From an uncultured delta proteobacterium (GTDB taxonomy: Bacteria > Desulfobacterota > RBG-13-43-22), in assembly GCA_963782435.1 (NCBI GenBank), contig CAWAKF010000050.1, positions 74,599 to 138,598 on the forward strand: 64,000 nt of DNA, read 5' to 3'. Shown here one piece after another: positions 28,694-38,832 of this stretch. Each line of letters starts with the position of its first letter. Position 1 is the stretch's first letter. The position numbers were made by a program, and so were the translations under genes. The notes under the pieces were generated by a model, which made no database searches, was not told the origin of the DNA, and saw only the letters and a program-made list of their open reading frames with translations.

Positions 28694-30235
28694 TTATTTT
28701 TTTGCCGTCAAAGCGATGCTGGCGTAGGACTCATCAATGGCGGGCATTTTCACGAAATTTGCCCTTAATGGAAGTTTTCCATAGATGGGATGGTCCTGCC
28801 AACCATCAATACGGGCCGCCCGTTTGGCCGCCGCTTGGAGTTTTTTCCAATCGGCGCTGGTATAGAGGAACATCTCCTGCGCGGCCATGGATCCTTCGCC
28901 GTGAATGGTATCAACCTCCCAATGATTCCCGGTGTAGTCCTTGATGAGCCGCAATATCCGAATCCGGTCCTCCGTAGACACTCCGTCTTTGGCCGCCAGA
29001 TATTTATCGATATAGGGCTGAATGGCCGGATTTTTCCAATCCCGATAGGCCGGTACCGTGGTGGTCAATCCGCCCCCGATATCCTGCATGTGTTGGACCA
29101 TCTGGTGAAAATTGCTGGCATAGGTAAACTTCGAGGCATTAATGGCCATGCGATTGGGCATCATGACATCCATTCCGAATTCGGTAACCGGATCCTGGCA
29201 GGCCTGTTTTCCCAACATTTGCACCGTCTCGGTGATCATAGCCATCCAGGCCAGCTTTTTCCGGACATGAGGGACATTCTGGACGCCGTTATATTCGGCG
29301 ATCAGACTGGCCGCCCCGGTCATGGTTTCCAGGGTCCCCGTCATTTTGCAGGTGCCGAAAAGGCGGTGATAACTGGCGAAGGCATAGGCCAGGATTTGAG
29401 AGAACTCCCATTCGCCGCACATGAAAACCCGTTCCCAGGGCACGAAGACGTTATCAAAGATAATCAGAGATTCCGATGGCTGCATATGGTCCGACATGGG
29501 ATAATCGAATTCACACTCCTCCCCGTAGAGCCGGACATTCGGCTCGACCCCCAAGAGTTTGACCCCGGGCGTATTGACGGGTACGGCAAAAGCCAGGGCA
29601 TAGTCCTTGTCTGCTTCGCCGTGTGTCCGGCAAGGCAGGCAGAGCAGCTCATTCGCGCAGGGAGAGGCGCTGATGTGGACCTTGGCGCCCCGCACCACGA
29701 TGCCGTCCTTCTGCCGATCCACGATTTTCAGGTAAAAGTCCTGGTGCTGTTTCTGCTTGGAGGGATGAAGGCTTCGGTCCCCTTTTACATCGGTAATGGC
29801 GCCGGTAATGGCCAGGTCGTTCTTCTGAAGATGCTTGCGATACTGCTCAACCCGTTCCATATAACCGGTTTGCAACTTGCTGTCCATGACTTGGGCGGCC
29901 ACGGTAAAGGCGGCCAGGGCATCGGCGCCCATGCAATGCACAATCACGCCGCCACCGGACCTGATTCCGACCGTATAGCATTCCCGCCTTCGAAGAAGGT
30001 CTGCCGGGGTTTTCGGCGAGGTAAGCAAAAAATTAATATCTTCGCCATCCTCATCCTTGGTCACAAAGAGATCCCGATAATCCGGATGGTTCGGCAGGAC
30101 ATAGTCCATGCAAGCCGTTCTGATGATGGTGCTCACCGTCGGATGGGTCCGGACATCAGAGACCTTTTCGCCCAGGCACCAGACTTCCCGTCCGTCATTC
30201 AAACTTTCAAGGTACTGTTCTACTGTTTTTATCAT
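28694..30235 (-). CDS. 4-hydroxybutyryl-CoA dehydratase / HpaB-family protein
   Basis: 513 aa with an N-terminus (MIKTVEQYLESLNDGREVW...) typical of the AbfD/HpaB fold. SD GGAGG upstream. The 490-aa + strand ORF opposite is an antisense artefact. Confidence 0.82.
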   Translation of the reverse strand: MIKTVEQYLESLNDGREVWCLGEKVSDVRTHPTVSTIIRTACMDYVLPNHPDYRDLFVTKDEDGEDINFLLTSPKTPADLLRRRECYTVGIRSGGGVIVHCMGADALAAFTVAAQVMDSKLQTGYMERVEQYRKHLQKNDLAITGAITDVKGDRSLHPSKQKQHQDFYLKIVDRQKDGIVVRGAKVHISASPCANELLCLPCRTHGEADKDYALAFAVPVNTPGVKLLGVEPNVRLYGEECEFDYPMSDHMQPSESLIIFDNVFVPWERVFMCGEWEFSQILAYAFASYHRLFGTCKMTGTLETMTGAASLIAEYNGVQNVPHVRKKLAWMAMITETVQMLGKQACQDPVTEFGMDVMMPNRMAINASKFTYASNFHQMVQHMQDIGGGLTTTVPAYRDWKNPAIQPYIDKYLAAKDGVSTEDRIRILRLIKDYTGNHWEVDTIHGEGSMAAQEMFLYTSADWKKLQAAAKRAARIDGWQDHPIYGKLPLRANFVKMPAIDESYASIALTAKK

Positions 30236-30338
30236 CTTAATCCCTCCTTTTTATTTTATTAAAATGTCATGGTTGAAGAAATTGAAAGTGCCATTATCTC
30301 GATATTTTTTATACATCCTTTTTTTTTTTACCGCAATC

Positions 30339-30986
30339 TTATTGTGTACTCAACCCTGCCTGGAGTTCACCCTTGATCATAGCCAATCTGGTGACTGCAT
30401 CCGGTTCCGATAAACGTTCGAGCTCCACCCAATCGATGATGGCCGTACAGGGAAACAGGTGAGGAGAAGGGCCTACCGGACTTCCCGTATCCATTCCCAT
30501 GTCAAAGGTCTCCCCGCTTATCGAGAAGACAATCGGAACGGTACGCTCAATCCGGGAGGAGCTGACCTTAAGGCCGTCCACGATCAGGGTTGCCTGCCCA
30601 CCGGCACCAAAGCCTCCATCGTGCAGATAGACCATACTCAAATGATGTCTGCCTGCCGTCAGGTATTGAGGACCCTTGAGCACGGTCAACTCATGTCCAA
30701 ACCAGATATACAGGTAGGTACTTTGTCCGGTCTCGTCCAGGTAGAGGCTCCAGCCTGCCATGTTTCCCCCTTGACAGGCCACCACACCATGGGCGCCTCC
30801 TTTTTCGGTACCCTGATTTCGACACTGATCTCATGGGAGGCATTTTTAAGATTTATCACCGTGGTTTTGGGCAGGCGTATATGAGCGGTGGTATAACGCA
30901 TTTTCGCCAGCGATTCCCCAAGGGGCTGGGAACAGCGGCCTCGAAAGGGAACCTGGTGACAAAATCGGAATAGTTTTCTTGTTCAT
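30339..30986 (-). pseudogene. arylsulfatase C-terminal-domain paralog, 5'-truncated and frameshifted
   Basis: HIRLPKTTVINLKNASHEISVEIRVPKK / GGAHGVVACQGGNMAGWSLYLDE...AGLSTQ parallels residues LPGSALNVHSVVSIKNRTHLVTAEVEV...VALATQ of the 24666..27020 protein. The frames join if one A is added at the T5 run 30801-30805. Confidence 0.55.
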
Positions 30987-31341
30987 TCTTTTCTCCTTTT
31001 CAAATGAAGAACTACAAATTTAGTAAGGCCTTATTGGGAGGTTGGAAGAACTTAAGCTAAGGAAAAGAAACCTTCAAGGTAATAATAAGTTGGCGGAAGA
31101 AAAGTAGAAAAACCGCGAATCTGATTAGTCGATAGAGAGCTCAAAAAATTTGAGTTTTGGTTTGGTATCTGGCTGGTTGATCAATCGAATCTTTTGGTTT
31201 GAAATTAAATAGACCGGCTATTTCTTGTGAATGATATCCAAGTTACGGTTGGCTTCCGATTCGCTAAACTTGTCTGTGCTGGTGCAATTATTGAGGAACC
31301 CCTCATTCAAGGGATTTTGATCTGGCCGGATTACCTAAAAA

Positions 31342-31896
31342 TTATATTTGCGGTACGGGTTTAGACGATCCGAAAACCTGGTTTTCAAAAAAGTGAATCC
31401 ACTGATGTTTCGCTTCTGATAAAGCTTCTTGGGCCTTTTGAATTAGTGTATCACTTTTATCGCCATCGGAAGGATAAGTGGACAACCCGATACTTACGTT
31501 TAAGGCATTTTGGTTTTTAGCAGCAAATCGACTCCTGATTCTTTCTATGACTACCATGGCTGATTTGGTATCCGTATTAGGTAGAAGCAAGGCAATTACA
31601 TCTTCACCAAGATGAGCCGCCAGGTCTACCTCCTTTCGAATAGTGCTGACTATTATGGTAGTAAGGTCCTTTATGATCCGAGTTCCCGGTAAAAATCCAT
31701 GGTTTTTATGATAAATGTCGGAGGAGTCTACACCGATCATGGCCAGGGTAACGGATCGACCATTTCTTCTGGATCGTAACAATTCTCTCTCCAGGGAAAT
31801 CATAAAGAAATCACGGTTGTATATTCCAGTAAAGCTATCGATCTGGGCCATTCCGATTTCTTTGTTAGAATGGATTATTGAGTGAATTTTTTTCAT
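31342..31896 (-). CDS. stand-alone GGDEF-domain protein with degenerate active site
   Basis: 184 aa starting almost directly with FTGIYNRDFF. The position of the GG(D/E)EF motif reads HLGEDV, and there is no sensor domain. Confidence 0.7.
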   Translation of the reverse strand: MKKIHSIIHSNKEIGMAQIDSFTGIYNRDFFMISLERELLRSRRNGRSVTLAMIGVDSSDIYHKNHGFLPGTRIIKDLTTIIVSTIRKEVDLAAHLGEDVIALLLPNTDTKSAMVVIERIRSRFAAKNQNALNVSIGLSTYPSDGDKSDTLIQKAQEALSEAKHQWIHFFENQVFGSSKPVPQI

Positions 31897-32533
31897 TTAG
31901 AATGTCTCATTGAAAATTTTATTTTCGATCAACGCCAAGATGACAATTATCTCCAATTGCTATTTTTAAATGCAAAAGCCGGGCCACCAAATGACTAAGT
32001 TGGAAAATACTAATAATTATTTATAGTTAAGGTTAAAGAATGAATTTTTACAGAATAGGAATTGGTTAGGGAGGAGGCTTAAACATCAAAAAAAGGACAA
32101 ATTTTGTCCTGTTGTGGACAAGAAAAGGATTATTTCTGGAATGGTGAAGATTGGATAGGGGAATCGAAAATTTAATTTAGTTTGCCGGCAAAGAGTTTAT
32201 CTGGAGTATGAATAGTTTCGGGGAGGTCTCGGGTTGCCTGTTCTATTGATGATCTCTTGAAATGATTTCTTTTTTAAAAATAAAAAAACTTTTAGAGTTC
32301 GGGAGGAATTATAGGGATATCCACATTTTTTTCTTAACAAAATTGAATAGAGACCTTACTATAAATCTTAAAAACGGAGCCCGCCAATTAAATGGAAACA
32401 AAAATGATTCAATTATTTCAGCAGATGATTATGATCGGAAGTGATTTTACTCTTCGAAAAAAGTGAGGTAAGAACCCGGATCCAATGGATTGGCATGAGG
32501 ATATATTGCTTTATAACTTTATAAGGAGAAGCT

Positions 32534-33973
32534 ATGGATTGGACCCATGTGACTGATGTAATTGTTCTGGGATATGGAGGGGCCGGGGCCTGTACGGCCA
32601 TTGCGGCAAAGGACAAGGGGGCCGAGGTTATTATCCTTGAAAAAGCCCCATTTGGCGGAGGAAATACGGCCTGCAGCGTTGGGAATATGAAGCTGCCCAG
32701 CAATGTGGAAGAAGCGGTTGCCTATTACACGGCGCTGTCCTTCGATACCGTTCCGGACAGAAAATTTATCCGCACTTTTGCTGAGGCTATGGTCGACCTT
32801 CCCGAACGATTGCGGAATTTAGGTATTGACCTAACTCGACGTGATCGTAATACGCCGACCTTTCCTACCCTTCCTGGCGCTCAATGTATCGATCATTGGT
32901 CTGCCGGTTTGGGTGTGAGTTTGTTTAAACGTTTATCCGAAAACATAGACCGGCAAAATATTCCTGTCCTCTATGAAACTCCGGCAAAAAAAATCATCCG
33001 CGACCCTGAAACGAATAGGTTACGAGGGGTCTTGGCTGAACAGCAGGGGAAAGCCCTATGGTTAAAGGCTCGGAAGGGAATCGTTCTGGCCACCGGAGGA
33101 TATGAAAACAATTTTAAAATGCAGGGAGATTATCATTTTCCAGGGCTGAAGTTATATCCCTTCGGCACCCCTTATAATACGGGGGATGGCATAAAAATGG
33201 CTTTAGAGGTTGGTGCCGACCAGTGGCATTTTACCAGTACGGAATGGCTGGGGCCGGCTTTAAAGGGGCCAACGGAAAATTTCGGGGCGGCTTTTGCTTT
33301 CCGTCGCTCTCAGGGAAGTTTTGTCTTTGTAAATCACCACGGGAAAAATTTTATCAATGAATCATTAAACTTCAGTCACCGAAAAGATCCCCTGCCCTTC
33401 AGCTTTTTCGATCACGAAGAGGCCGAATATCCCAACAGCCCATTTTATTGCATTTTTGATGAGAGCTTTAGGCAAGGAGGTCCCCTTTATGGCCTGAAGA
33501 ATTCAAAGGTCGGGTATGTTTCCTGGCAGAATTTGGATGAATGGAGCCAGGATAATCAGGTTGAGATTGAAAAAGGGTGGATTTCAAAGGGCGAATCGCT
33601 AAAGGTCCTGGCAAAGAAACTGGGCATTGATTCCCAAGGATTACAGGAAACCATAGAACAATACAATAAGGATGCGGATTCAGGGAAGGCCAATGGCTTC
33701 GGAAGGCTTCCACAGTATATGTCGCCCATAGTGGGGCCGCCGTTTTTCGGGACGGAACTGTGTCTGAGTATCATTAATACCCAGGGGGGGCCGAAGCATA
33801 ACTGTCTTTCCCAGGCTTTGGATATGAACGGTAATCCTATCCCTCGCCTATATACCGCCGGGGAGCTGGGATCGTTTTTCGGTCACCTGTACCAAGGAGG
33901 GAGTAATCTGCCTGAAGCTCTGGCTTTCGGCCTGATCGCCGGCGAACAGGCAGCAGCGGAAATTTCCTGGTAA
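32534..33973 (+). CDS. FAD-dependent oxidoreductase (fumarate reductase/KstD-like flavoprotein)
   Basis: 479 aa with the dinucleotide fold VIVLGYGGAGACTAIAA. SD GGAG upstream. Confidence 0.85.
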   Translation: MDWTHVTDVIVLGYGGAGACTAIAAKDKGAEVIILEKAPFGGGNTACSVGNMKLPSNVEEAVAYYTALSFDTVPDRKFIRTFAEAMVDLPERLRNLGIDLTRRDRNTPTFPTLPGAQCIDHWSAGLGVSLFKRLSENIDRQNIPVLYETPAKKIIRDPETNRLRGVLAEQQGKALWLKARKGIVLATGGYENNFKMQGDYHFPGLKLYPFGTPYNTGDGIKMALEVGADQWHFTSTEWLGPALKGPTENFGAAFAFRRSQGSFVFVNHHGKNFINESLNFSHRKDPLPFSFFDHEEAEYPNSPFYCIFDESFRQGGPLYGLKNSKVGYVSWQNLDEWSQDNQVEIEKGWISKGESLKVLAKKLGIDSQGLQETIEQYNKDADSGKANGFGRLPQYMSPIVGPPFFGTELCLSIINTQGGPKHNCLSQALDMNGNPIPRLYTAGELGSFFGHLYQGGSNLPEALAFGLIAGEQAAAEISW

Positions 33974-34154
33974 AATTTTTAAGATCATCTCAAAAGTGTT
34001 GAAAATGATCCCGGGATTCAAGGCTTCAAGGAAAAATTATCTGAAAGGCTAAAAAGCATCACCAAGCCTTTTGACCTATAGTTGGAGAAAACCAAGTTAT
34101 TTAGTCACAGATTGACAAGGACGAATATAGACGGCCATCGTGTGGGCCCTCTAC

Positions 34155-35402
34155 TCAGAGCATTAGTCCCGTCTCTTCCAAATTATCTTTAATGCTTTTC
34201 AGAAAACGCCCGGCCAGGGCCCCGTCAATGATACGGTGATCGAAAGTCAGGCTGAGTGCGAGACGTGGTTCGGCGACCACCATTCCTTCGCGGACCCATG
34301 GTTTGTCAATAATGCGCCCCACGCCAAGAATGGCACTTTCCGGAGGGTTAATGATGGGAGTAAAATGGTCGATATCGTTGCTTCCCAGATTAGTAATGGT
34401 GAACGTTCCAGCCTGGAGATCATCGGGAAGCAGCCGCTTACCGGCCGCTTTTTCCGACAATTCATCCAGTTCCATGGAAATGACCCGGATCGATTTCCGG
34501 TCGGCATTTCTAACCTTGGGTACGAACAGACCCTCACCGAAATCCATAGCCACACCGACATGAATCTCCTCCCAGATTTTAATCACTTGACCATCCACCG
34601 TTGCATTGAGCAGGGGATATCGACGTAAAGCAAGAGCAGCGGCCTTGACTATGACCGCATTGTATGAAACCGGTTTGGCCTCTCCGCTCGGGGAAGAATG
34701 ATTGATCAATCGCAGATTGCGCAATTGGATTGCGGAGGCTTCGGTATGCAGGGTTAACTGGGCCTGGCTCGTCAGGCTCAGCATCATATTTTCGCTGATT
34801 ATTTTTCTTATTCCACGAATAGGGATTTCTTCAGCGGGGGTGAGAAGCTGGGCGGGCTGTCCTTCATGTTCGAAAACGTCCCTCCCTTCCACCGGCCTTT
34901 GATCGAGATCTTTTACCGCCCGTTCCACATCCTCCAGCAGGATACGCCCTCCAGGCCCGCTTCCGATAACGGTATTCAGTTCAATACCATGTTCAAGGGC
35001 CATTTTTCGTGCCACGGGTGTGGCTAAAATGCGTCCACCACTTGCTTGCGGCTGTTCACCTATTGTTTGGGATCCTCGGTCCTGCCCTTGCCCCCGGTGG
35101 ATAATGCCTTCAGGCGACTTAGATTGATTGATGGCCTGATGATCCTGTAATACCTTCCATTCAGTTTTGTCGGCGGCAATATACCCGATCACCGCTCCCA
35201 CCGCCAGTCGTTGCCCGGGTTCAACTATGGGGAGAACCAAACCCGAAGCCGGAGCAGGCACATCAAAAGTCACTTTGTCGTTTTCAATCACACATATAAT
35301 CTGTTTTTCGGAAACAAAATTTCCAGCCTCAATCACCCATTGAACAAATTTAGCTTCCTTCATAGTCAGGCCGAGCTTGGGAATTTTAATCTCTACAGAC
35401 AT
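34155..35402 (-). CDS. dihydrolipoamide acyltransferase (E2) of a 2-oxoacid/acetoin dehydrogenase complex
   Basis: 415 aa: a lipoyl domain (ENDKVTFDV), an E3/E1-binding segment, and a catalytic domain with DHRIIDG. Confidence 0.9.
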   Translation of the reverse strand: MSVEIKIPKLGLTMKEAKFVQWVIEAGNFVSEKQIICVIENDKVTFDVPAPASGLVLPIVEPGQRLAVGAVIGYIAADKTEWKVLQDHQAINQSKSPEGIIHRGQGQDRGSQTIGEQPQASGGRILATPVARKMALEHGIELNTVIGSGPGGRILLEDVERAVKDLDQRPVEGRDVFEHEGQPAQLLTPAEEIPIRGIRKIISENMMLSLTSQAQLTLHTEASAIQLRNLRLINHSSPSGEAKPVSYNAVIVKAAALALRRYPLLNATVDGQVIKIWEEIHVGVAMDFGEGLFVPKVRNADRKSIRVISMELDELSEKAAGKRLLPDDLQAGTFTITNLGSNDIDHFTPIINPPESAILGVGRIIDKPWVREGMVVAEPRLALSLTFDHRIIDGALAGRFLKSIKDNLEETGLML

Positions 35403-35480
35403 TTGTAATCCTCAACGAACCCCAGGGGAGGTTAATCGTTTACTCACCTATGGTAAAAACAGGGACCGTTATTTCGATAA

Positions 35481-36458
35481 TCATCCCTGCATCATCGACC
35501 GGAGGGCCTTGATAATGTCCGCCTCGCCGGGAAGATAGGCCGCCTCCAGGATTGATGAAAAAGGCACGGGGCAAAAAGGGGCCCCGATACGCTTAACAGG
35601 GGCGTCCAGATAATCAAAGGCCTGTTCGGCCACCATGGCGGCGATTTCGGCACCACATCCGGCAAACTTAACCGCTTCATGAACAACAATCAGACGATGG
35701 GTCTTCTTTACCGATTCCAGGATTGCAGTTTCATCCAAGGGCAGCAGACTGCGTGGATCCAGCACTTCGACACTGATCCCATCAGCTTCGGCTTTTTCGG
35801 CCGCCCTCAGAGCATGGTGAACCATAAACCCGGTGGCTACCACCGTCACATCTTTTCCCGGCCTCTTGATATCAGCCTTGCCGATGGGGATGACGTAGGA
35901 TTCTTCGGGAACTTCACCTTTCATCCCATAGAGTATCTTATGCTCCAGGCAAATAACCGGATTCTCGTCCCGGATGGCGGTGATCAACAGACCCTTGGCA
36001 TCGTAAGGTGTGCTCGGCATAACCACCTTGATTCCCGGTATATGCATAAAAAAAGCCTCCAGTGACTGGGAGTGCTGGGCCCCGGCCCCTACCCCGGCCC
36101 CAAAATTGGCGCGCACCACCATGGGGATTTTAGCCTTGCCTCCGAACATAAAGCGCATCTTGGCGGCCTGATTGAGGATCTGGTCCAGGCAAACGCCTAT
36201 GAAATCAACGAACATCAGTGAAACCACCGGCCGCAACCCCATAGCCGCCGCCCCTGTGGCAGCACCCACGAAGCCGCTTTCCGAGATAGGGGTGTCTATC
36301 ACCCGTTTGCCGCCGAATTTAGCGAATAACCCCGCAGTTGTACCAAATACTCCTCCGGCCAATCCGATATCCTCGCCGATCAGAAACACGGCGGGATCCT
36401 TTTCCATTTCCAATTCCATTGCATTTCTTATGGCTGAAGCCATATTCATCTCGGCCAT
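35481..36458 (-). CDS. 2-oxoacid/acetoin dehydrogenase E1 beta subunit
   Basis: 325-aa transketolase-like Pyr + C-terminal domains. SD GGAGG upstream. Confidence 0.92.
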   Translation of the reverse strand: MAEMNMASAIRNAMELEMEKDPAVFLIGEDIGLAGGVFGTTAGLFAKFGGKRVIDTPISESGFVGAATGAAAMGLRPVVSLMFVDFIGVCLDQILNQAAKMRFMFGGKAKIPMVVRANFGAGVGAGAQHSQSLEAFFMHIPGIKVVMPSTPYDAKGLLITAIRDENPVICLEHKILYGMKGEVPEESYVIPIGKADIKRPGKDVTVVATGFMVHHALRAAEKAEADGISVEVLDPRSLLPLDETAILESVKKTHRLIVVHEAVKFAGCGAEIAAMVAEQAFDYLDAPVKRIGAPFCPVPFSSILEAAYLPGEADIIKALRSMMQG

Positions 36459-36470
36459 AAAACCCTCCTG

Positions 36471-37436
36471 TCAGGCATATACGTCATTTAATAGGTCGGA
36501 AACATCCGGCACCGGGCTGTTCTCAGCATAGGACACCGCCTCTTCGATTTCCCTCCGGACAGCCGTTTCCAGGGCCTCCAGTCGACCATGGTCGGCGATT
36601 CCCTGTTCGATCAACTGTCGTTTGAAACGCGAGATCGGATCCCTGGAATCGGATTGCCATTCCGCAACTTCCTCTTTGGAGCGGTAAACTTCAGGATCTC
36701 CCACATAATGGCCCCGGTGGCGATAGGTGCGAAACTCCAGCATAGACGGTCCCTTTCCCTTCCGGGCCCTTTGAATGGCCTCACCGGAGGCTTCATAAAC
36801 GGCCATAATATCGTTGCCGTCCACCGAGAGTGATGGCATATCGTACCCCGCGGCCCGATCGATGATGGATTCGATACGCTGATGATCAGCCTGGCGGGTG
36901 AATTCACCGAAGCCGTTGTTTTCAACCACGAAGATGACCGGCAGATTCTTTATCGAAGCCAGGTTCATGGCCTCATGGACAGTGCCCTGGTTGGAGGCGC
37001 CGTCCCCGAAAAACGATACACTGACAGTGTCATTCTCCCGGTACCAAGCCGCCAAACCGGCTCCCACGGCCAAAGGCGGGCCACCGCCGACAATACCGTT
37101 AGCGCCTAAAATGCCGAGGTCCAAATCGGCGATATGCATGGAGCCGCCCTTCCCCTTACAATAACCGCTGGATTTGGCGAACAACTCGGCCATCATTTTT
37201 TTGATATCACCCCCCTTGGCAATCAAATGGCCATGGCCGCGATGGGTGCTGGTGATGCTATCGCTGGGCCTCAAATTGGCGCATACTCCGGTGGCCACCG
37301 CTTCCTGACCGATATACAGATGGACGAAACCGGAAATTTTTGCGGCCATCACCAGTTCCTCCAGCTTTTCCTCAAAACGGCGGATTCTCAGCATAACGCC
37401 GAGCATGGTGATCATGGTTTCTTTGGAAACATCCAT
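36471..37436 (-). CDS. 2-oxoacid/acetoin dehydrogenase E1 alpha subunit (TPP-binding)
   Basis: TPP motif GDGASNQG...NN. Start moved to MDVSKETM at 37436 (GGGAGA upstream). Confidence 0.9.
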   Translation of the reverse strand: MDVSKETMITMLGVMLRIRRFEEKLEELVMAAKISGFVHLYIGQEAVATGVCANLRPSDSITSTHRGHGHLIAKGGDIKKMMAELFAKSSGYCKGKGGSMHIADLDLGILGANGIVGGGPPLAVGAGLAAWYRENDTVSVSFFGDGASNQGTVHEAMNLASIKNLPVIFVVENNGFGEFTRQADHQRIESIIDRAAGYDMPSLSVDGNDIMAVYEASGEAIQRARKGKGPSMLEFRTYRHRGHYVGDPEVYRSKEEVAEWQSDSRDPISRFKRQLIEQGIADHGRLEALETAVRREIEEAVSYAENSPVPDVSDLLNDVYA

Positions 37437-37501
37437 AGTTCTTCTCCCTTCATCCTGTTTTTTGGGACCATGCCTTATCAAATTTATTCAACATCCCCGG
37501 A

Positions 37502-38272
37502 TTAATGGAATTCCATCCCACCATCTACATTGATAGCTTGGCCGGTAACGTGCCGGGCTTTTATCAGATAAAGAACCAGTTCGGCAATATCTTCCGGAGT
37601 CTGAGGTTCGCCTTGAGGAATCGTACTGACTTGTCGTTGCCAGGATTCCCTGGCACTCTCATCCGGTCTTTTAAAGGTTTCAGCCAGATACTCCCACATG
37701 GCTGTATAAATAATGCCGGGGCATATGGCGTTAACCGTAATGTTCGTTTTGGCCAGCTCTTTGGCCAGCGCGTTGGTGAATCCGATGACCGCAAACTTGG
37801 AGGCACAATAGGCCGACATAGTCGGAACACCGTTCTTACCGGCAATAGAAGCGATATTGATTATAGATCCCCAGGCTTGTTGGCGCAAATAGGGTATAGC
37901 GAATTTACAGCATAAAAAAACGCCTTTGACATTGATGTCCATGATTCGCTGCCAATCTTCGACCGCCATGTCTACCACAAAAGCGGACTGCACAATGCCT
38001 GCATTGTTGACGAGAATATCAATACCTCCAAATTCGTCTTCACCACGTTTTAATAATGCTTTCACCCCCGGTTGGTCGGTAACATCCACTTTTTGGGCTA
38101 TGGCTCGGCGGCCCATTTCTTCAACCTCAGAAGCAGTACCTTCAGCCATAGCCAGGTCGATATCTGCAGATATGATGTTTGACCCAGCCGCTGCAAGCGC
38201 CAGGGCAATGGCCTTGCCGAGTCCCCGACCGGCCCCCGTTATTAGGGCTCTTTTTCCTTCTAATTCGGTCAT
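37502..38272 (-). CDS. SDR-family oxidoreductase (acetoin reductase/butanediol dehydrogenase-like)
   Basis: TGAGRGLG Rossmann motif and YCASK catalytic motif. I prefer the ATG at 38272 (MTELEGKRALITGAG). Confidence 0.85.
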   Translation of the reverse strand: MTELEGKRALITGAGRGLGKAIALALAAAGSNIISADIDLAMAEGTASEVEEMGRRAIAQKVDVTDQPGVKALLKRGEDEFGGIDILVNNAGIVQSAFVVDMAVEDWQRIMDINVKGVFLCCKFAIPYLRQQAWGSIINIASIAGKNGVPTMSAYCASKFAVIGFTNALAKELAKTNITVNAICPGIIYTAMWEYLAETFKRPDESARESWQRQVSTIPQGEPQTPEDIAELVLYLIKARHVTGQAINVDGGMEFH

Positions 38273-38532
38273 CCGGTTTTGGACTCCTTTCAATTGACAA
38301 TGAGACGGTAACGTGGATTCGAATTCACCTTGGCCTCCTACTCTTTCCCTACCTCTTCCAGGCCTTTCTTGTCAACTTAACAATTAAGCAGTTTCCCATT
38401 TTTTCCATAATCAACTTTCTGATCCGCCACACGAAATATTAAAAACATCTTCGATCTTGAATTCATTGAAATGCGCCGGAACAGGGGAAATGCCTTTTCC
38501 GGTGGAAGGGCGGAGGGAGCTTCTTTACCGAC

Positions 38533-38832
38533 ATGATCGGCCCTAGTGAAGATAATCCGCCCCGGAATCGAGTCCGGGAGGCCCTGGAAACAAGGGCCGA
38601 GACCATAACGGTAGCCTATTCTCAGTGTTTCAAGATGGTCGAGGATGCAGTCAAATCCGAAGGCCTGGAGAACCCGCTTGAAGTCCTGGATTTAGAATAT
38701 CTCCCTATGAAAAAGGGCATCCCTTATTTTCTTTTTGACGAAGTCCCTGGGAAAAGTTACTATGAAACCCCAAATAACGGACCATTTTCCCCCCCAGGTT
38801 TTCTGGGAGGAAGAATGTCTGGAGGGTTCTGA
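38533..38832 (+). pseudogene. relic of the C-terminus of a CCG-domain (Fe-S) oxidoreductase, fused to an unknown tail
   Basis: The in-frame sequence from about 38470 reads CLFRWKGGGS...ETRAETITVAYSQCFKMVEDAVKSEGL. It resembles a decayed CCG motif plus its end helix. There is no N-terminal part. Its stop overlaps the next ATG (ATGA). Confidence 0.35.

Noticed and set aside
28790-30262. 490-aa + strand ORF
   Set aside because: It lies exactly antisense to the well-supported AbfD/HpaB-family gene. It is rich in G/R/H/P/I low-complexity sequence and has no RBS, so it is an antisense artefact.
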